NCBI GenBank assembly: GCA_043804895.1
Contig: JAZDIN010000029.1
Location: 1-18,980 of the forward strand
Reading direction: 5' to 3'
DNA from: Candidatus Altiarchaeota archaeon
GTDB lineage: Archaea > Altiarchaeota > Altiarchaeia > IMC4 > SCGC-AAA252-I15
DNA: 18,980 nt
A model generated the notes under the pieces. That model ran no database searches. It worked only from the letters and a program-made list of their open reading frames with translations, and was not told the origin of the DNA. The position numbers and the translations under genes were made by a program. Positions 15,471-18,980 of this stretch are shown piece by piece (position 1 is the stretch's first letter; each line of letters opens with the position of its first letter).

Positions 15471-16568
15471 ATGGTTGTTAAGGGAAAGCACCCGCTTGAA
15501 GAATATCCGGATTCAGCAGTGAAATTTTCTGGTATTATGGGTTCTGACGAGCAACTAGCTGCCGCTGTGGACCAATCCTTTGCCAGCGCAAATATGTTCT
15601 CCCCTAACAACCCACAAATAGCTGAGAAGGAGTTTGTCGCACTCGCCTCCAAGGACCAGTATCTTAAAAAAATAATCATAGAATCTTTCAAACTCCCCCA
15701 AGAGACTGTGCTGGCCGCGTATTTCGCCAAACGCCACATGGACGAACTGGTCGGCGGTGTCAGAGTCCTAACTGAACTCAGTTCGCATGCCCCCCCACCC
15801 ACTCCAGCATTGACTCCAAAAGACAGGGAACCGGTTGCACTGCACAACTACGAGCCGTTCTTAGGAAACCCCGAAGATGCAGTTTCACGCGGCTTTGAGG
15901 GGACAGAATATGGGCAGGAAGTCTTCGCTGTGTTGGCAGACCTCTTGAACAGGCGGCCTTCGGATAAGCTGTTGGAGGTGTTATTTGTCGGTCCTGGTCG
16001 GGGTATTGAAGTCTATGATTTGATGCGACGTTTTGGCGACAAACTAAAGTTCACATTACTGGCCAATGAGAACCTTCTTGCAAACCCGGATTACCTTCAC
16101 CTCAGGTCAAAGTCATATGTCATGTCAGACAGTTCAGGGAAGATTTCCCCAAACCTGAATTATGGGCCTGAAAACTTCCCGCCTCTCAACCTTGGCCAAT
16201 TCCCGCTTACAAGCCCTGATGAGGCGAAGAAATACACAGATGCGATGAGGGAAGGCCTTAAGATAGGCAATTTCGAGGACATGTTTTTTCCTGACTCAAG
16301 CTTCGACTTTGTAGTTTTCGGCAAATCAACAGTCCTCTACTGTGATGACCTAAACAGCGTCTTTAACGAGGCTAAACGGGTTCTTAGGCCGGATGGCTCG
16401 GCATTGATACCTCTAATAGACATCATAGGGGTCGGTAAAGCCTTGGGGCATCATGCCCTCCCACGAGTAAAGAAGATGTGCGATAACTACAGTGACTGTT
16501 CTATGATGGAACACTCACTCAAGATAACCAACAATTCCCCGGACAAGTTGGTTCTCAGGTGGATATGA
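15471..16568 (+). CDS. Class I SAM-dependent methyltransferase-like protein with an unrecognised N-terminal region
   Basis: VLFVGPGRG (motif I-like), FEDMFFPDSSFDFVV and FNEAKRVLRPDG. Confidence 0.7.
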   Translation: MVVKGKHPLEEYPDSAVKFSGIMGSDEQLAAAVDQSFASANMFSPNNPQIAEKEFVALASKDQYLKKIIIESFKLPQETVLAAYFAKRHMDELVGGVRVLTELSSHAPPPTPALTPKDREPVALHNYEPFLGNPEDAVSRGFEGTEYGQEVFAVLADLLNRRPSDKLLEVLFVGPGRGIEVYDLMRRFGDKLKFTLLANENLLANPDYLHLRSKSYVMSDSSGKISPNLNYGPENFPPLNLGQFPLTSPDEAKKYTDAMREGLKIGNFEDMFFPDSSFDFVVFGKSTVLYCDDLNSVFNEAKRVLRPDGSALIPLIDIIGVGKALGHHALPRVKKMCDNYSDCSMMEHSLKITNNSPDKLVLRWI

Positions 16569-17260
16569 TGAAGCCTATCAGAATACTATACCTCTCCCTT
16601 CTAGCTGTCGTCACCTTACTGCTCCTACCCTCCATCCTCTCCCATTTCATCTGGCTTATGGGCGGCGAAGGCCTGCCGAACATCGTGAAGGGTAGGTGGG
16701 ATATTGCGGCAGTGAACGTGCTGTTCTTCGGGTTCTTCATAGTCCTGACTCAGTATCGGCGGCGCGTCGACTGGCGTTCCAGGAACATCTACATAGCGTT
16801 CATCATAGCCCTATTCGCTGAGATGTACGGGTTCCCGCTGACCGCGTACTTCATGGCCAACTATTTCGGCACGGTCCCGGTGGACTATGAACCTGCGTAT
16901 AACCTCTCCCTCTCCTTTATGGGGGTGTACTTCACCCTCCCCACGATGATGATAGTCGGGGGAGCAGTCACAGTATTCGGCCTAGCCCTCATAACCGTAG
17001 GCTGGTACCAGATATACAAGAGCAAGGGAGGCCTCGTCACAAACGGTCTCTACAAGTACTCGCGGCATCCGCAGTACGTCGGCATACTCCTTGTCACCCT
17101 CGGCTGGGTGATACACTGGCCGACGATAATAACGATACTCCTATGGCCTGCCTTGGCTGTGATATACTTCCGACTCGCCAGGGCAGAGGAGTCTGATGTT
17201 AGGAAGGAATACGAGAATGAGTTCGAAAAATACGCCAAGGTAACCCCGATGTTCATCTAG
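16565..17260 (+). CDS. Isoprenylcysteine carboxyl-methyltransferase / PEMT family membrane protein
   Basis: Multiple TMs; ALFAEMYGFPLT, GLVTNGLYKYSRHPQYVG, EE and TPMFI. ATG 16565 overlaps the upstream stop (ATGA). Confidence 0.88.
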   Translation: MMKPIRILYLSLLAVVTLLLLPSILSHFIWLMGGEGLPNIVKGRWDIAAVNVLFFGFFIVLTQYRRRVDWRSRNIYIAFIIALFAEMYGFPLTAYFMANYFGTVPVDYEPAYNLSLSFMGVYFTLPTMMIVGGAVTVFGLALITVGWYQIYKSKGGLVTNGLYKYSRHPQYVGILLVTLGWVIHWPTIITILLWPALAVIYFRLARAEESDVRKEYENEFEKYAKVTPMFI

Positions 17261-17850
17261 TTCGCGCTCGTGTAAACTGTGGTCGCAGGCTCGAATGTCC
17301 TGCTCTTGTCAGACTGCTGGCTGAACTGCACTTGCACCTCATGGTAGAACAATTCTGTGGTGTCCTCCACTATGGGTTCGTACTCTGCCCTAAGTATCAA
17401 CTTGAATCTCTTCTCGGTCACTGATGCGTTTTCGCCTTCGCCAGGTATCAGGTAGCTGGTCTCCACTCCCTGCTGGTTGGGGAATATGACGCCCTCCTGA
17501 TTGGTGGATTGCGTCTGGTTCAATGACATCACTAGCTTCCCAGCGGCAAACTCGGATTTGGCCATACTGTACTTGGCAGGTATCGGCCCGACGTTCCTTA
17601 ACGTTCCACCGCACCACATATCCTGGTCAATCCGCCAGCATCTCACGTTGTCTATGAAAAGGAAGGGCCTGTTGTCCTGCTGGTACTGTCTCTTGGAGAG
17701 GTCCAGTTGCTGCTTGGATATTTCTGACTGCTGCCTGCTGGCTTCGACTATGCTCTCAGTAAGCATAACATACCTTGCTGTCACAAAGATGAGTATTATC
17801 GTCAACGCGACCTGCAGCACCATAACCGTGTTCTGTGTCCTCTCTGACAT
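17257..17850 (-). CDS. Hypothetical membrane-anchored protein
   Basis: N-terminal TM, Q-rich coil, RPFL motif, then a beta-rich domain (LRNVGPIPA). Confidence 0.7.
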   Translation of the reverse strand: MSERTQNTVMVLQVALTIILIFVTARYVMLTESIVEASRQQSEISKQQLDLSKRQYQQDNRPFLFIDNVRCWRIDQDMWCGGTLRNVGPIPAKYSMAKSEFAAGKLVMSLNQTQSTNQEGVIFPNQQGVETSYLIPGEGENASVTEKRFKLILRAEYEPIVEDTTELFYHEVQVQFSQQSDKSRTFEPATTVYTSAN

Positions 17851-17863
17851 ATTAAATATTCCT

Positions 17864-17921
17864 ATAACTATTCAAAATACCTATCAAATTATTAATCCGA
17901 TAAGTATTTAAATAACTATTC
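17864..17921. promoter_or_regulatory. AT-rich divergent promoter with a direct repeat
   Basis: ATAACTATTC at 17864-17873 and 17912-17921; the second copy overlaps the palindromic TATTTAAATA box (17905-17914). Confidence 0.5.
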
Positions 17922-17936
17922 CAATACACTATTTCC

Positions 17937-18077
17937 ATGATTCTCCAACAGAACGCGAAAGGCCAGTATACTGTAACATTACCTAAACCACTTGTCGAGG
18001 GTATGTGCTGGAAGAAAGGCCAGGCGCTTGCATTGGAGATACTAGGGAAGGGTCGGCTGCTTTTGAGGGGAACATGA
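17937..18077 (+). CDS. AbrB/MazE/SpoVT-family DNA-binding protein (46 aa, absent from the ORF track)
   Basis: MILQQNAKGQYTVTLPKPLVEGMCWKKGQALALEILGKGRLLLRGT fits the GQxxxTLPK...xWxxG swapped-hairpin pattern. Confidence 0.8.
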   Translation: MILQQNAKGQYTVTLPKPLVEGMCWKKGQALALEILGKGRLLLRGT

Positions 18078-18208
18078 AAGAAAGAATACTCAGGAAGGTT
18101 AAACGGTGCACGTACTGCAACAGCCCGGAGATTGACATAGCCCACCATCACGACCTAGGCGTCATCCTGTGCCTGTGCAAGATATGCGGCAACAAATGGG
18201 GACAATAA
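18074..18208 (+). CDS. Small Zn-ribbon protein (44 aa)
   Basis: ATGA overlap with the AbrB gene; MKERILRKVKRCTYCNS...CLCKICGNKW has two CxxC pairs. Confidence 0.7.
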   Translation: MKERILRKVKRCTYCNSPEIDIAHHHDLGVILCLCKICGNKWGQ

Positions 18209-18621
18209 ATGACCTCAGCCTAAAGGCTGAGGTACTCTCGGATTCAGCAGAAAGCACAGGATACTCATCTGCGTATTCTGCTGAATCCTCGATAACGGAC
18301 AGGGAAGAGACGCTCAGAGAGTTCCTCGAATCCCTGGAAGGATGCACAGTACTAGTTGAAGGCAGAAAGGACGAGGAAGCCCTAATCCGACTAGGCGTAG
18401 AACCAGAAAACATAGTCGTCCTACACAAAGGCCAGACAATCCTCGACACAATCGAAGCACTACAAGGACGCGAAGTCGCCATACTAACTGACATGGACCA
18501 GGAAGGCAAAATAATGCGACACAGACTCCTCAAACAATTCAGCATGTACGGCATAACCGAGAACAAAAGACCCCGCGAACTATTCGCAAAACTAAGACTC
18601 AGCCACGTAGAAGGGTTATAA
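18196..18621 (+). CDS. Small TOPRIM-domain protein (RNase M5 / primase-like, archaeal type)
   Basis: VLVEGRKDEEALIRLG and VAILTDMDQEG TOPRIM motifs; C-terminal VEGL. Start uncertain (ATG 18196 assumed). Confidence 0.85.
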   Translation: MGTINDLSLKAEVLSDSAESTGYSSAYSAESSITDREETLREFLESLEGCTVLVEGRKDEEALIRLGVEPENIVVLHKGQTILDTIEALQGREVAILTDMDQEGKIMRHRLLKQFSMYGITENKRPRELFAKLRLSHVEGL

Positions 18622-18671
18622 CCCGCGCTTTTTATCCTTGTATTCTGTAGATTGTTAATGAGGTGTCTGAG

Positions 18672-18836
18672 ATGGCTCACCCAATCGAATCCACGGTATT
18701 GAATAAGGCTGACTATGCCAGGTTACTAAAAGATTTGGAAAACCCAAAACATGACTCTGAAGTAAAGGCATTGTTTGACCTTGGCAAGAAAAATCTTCAG
18801 TTGTTTAAGCGAAATGATTTCCAGCTTGTGAAGTAA
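18672..18836 (+). CDS. Small hypothetical protein, antitoxin-like (54 aa, absent from the ORF track)
   Basis: TTTTTATCC box, SD GAGGTG, then MAHPIESTVLNKADYARLLKDLENPKHDSEVKALFDLGKKNLQLFKRNDFQLVK. Confidence 0.6.
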   Translation: MAHPIESTVLNKADYARLLKDLENPKHDSEVKALFDLGKKNLQLFKRNDFQLVK

Positions 18837-18980
18837 AGTGACCTAGGATAATTGACGCCACCTGGAACCTCACCAAACAAGCCCTCGGCGAATTCTCCCA
18901 CTCTAAGAAACCGCACGTAACGACCGTATGACTGACTCAACCATGCTGAAGGCTTTAATTCTCATCCTTCCCGATATATG

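Noticed and set aside
2893-17911. Numerous antisense and alternative-frame ORFs of 60-190 aa
   Set aside because: Shadows of well-supported genes, with no motifs or translation signals.
18837-18980. Possible toxin gene or other CDS at the right edge
   Set aside because: No convincing open frame or motif on either strand within the available sequence.

Overview
Archaeal chromosomal segment. The evidence is a tRNA-Cys with a bulge-helix-bulge intron, TATA-type promoters, GGAGGTGA/GAGGTG Shine-Dalgarno motifs and archaeal-type small regulators; an Altiarchaeota/DPANN-like host is only my inference. From left to right the window holds: orphan ORFs (a possible GNAT fold and a HEAT-repeat plus nucleotidyltransferase fusion) and a hairpin cluster beside tRNA-Cys; a 4Fe-4S protein; an unusual PP-loop enzyme; an HTH regulator; metal/redox genes (MerT-like, HMA-like, HxlR with a palindromic operator, and a CxxC micro-ORF); a CoA-binding gene broken by one in-frame TAG; and an ElaB/YqjD-like pair. 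The centre is a divergent locus. On the minus strand are an ACT-domain regulator, pyrR and a protein with the full motif set of eukaryotic protein arginine methyltransferases (PRMT). On the plus strand are a second ArgG with a remodelled substrate pocket, argH and a canonical argG. These are followed by two more methyltransferases, an AbrB / Zn-ribbon / TOPRIM trio and an orphan antitoxin-like ORF. The best candidate for an undescribed system is the PRMT-like enzyme together with the altered ArgG paralog and the ACT regulator. All calls are by motif recognition only; no searches were run.
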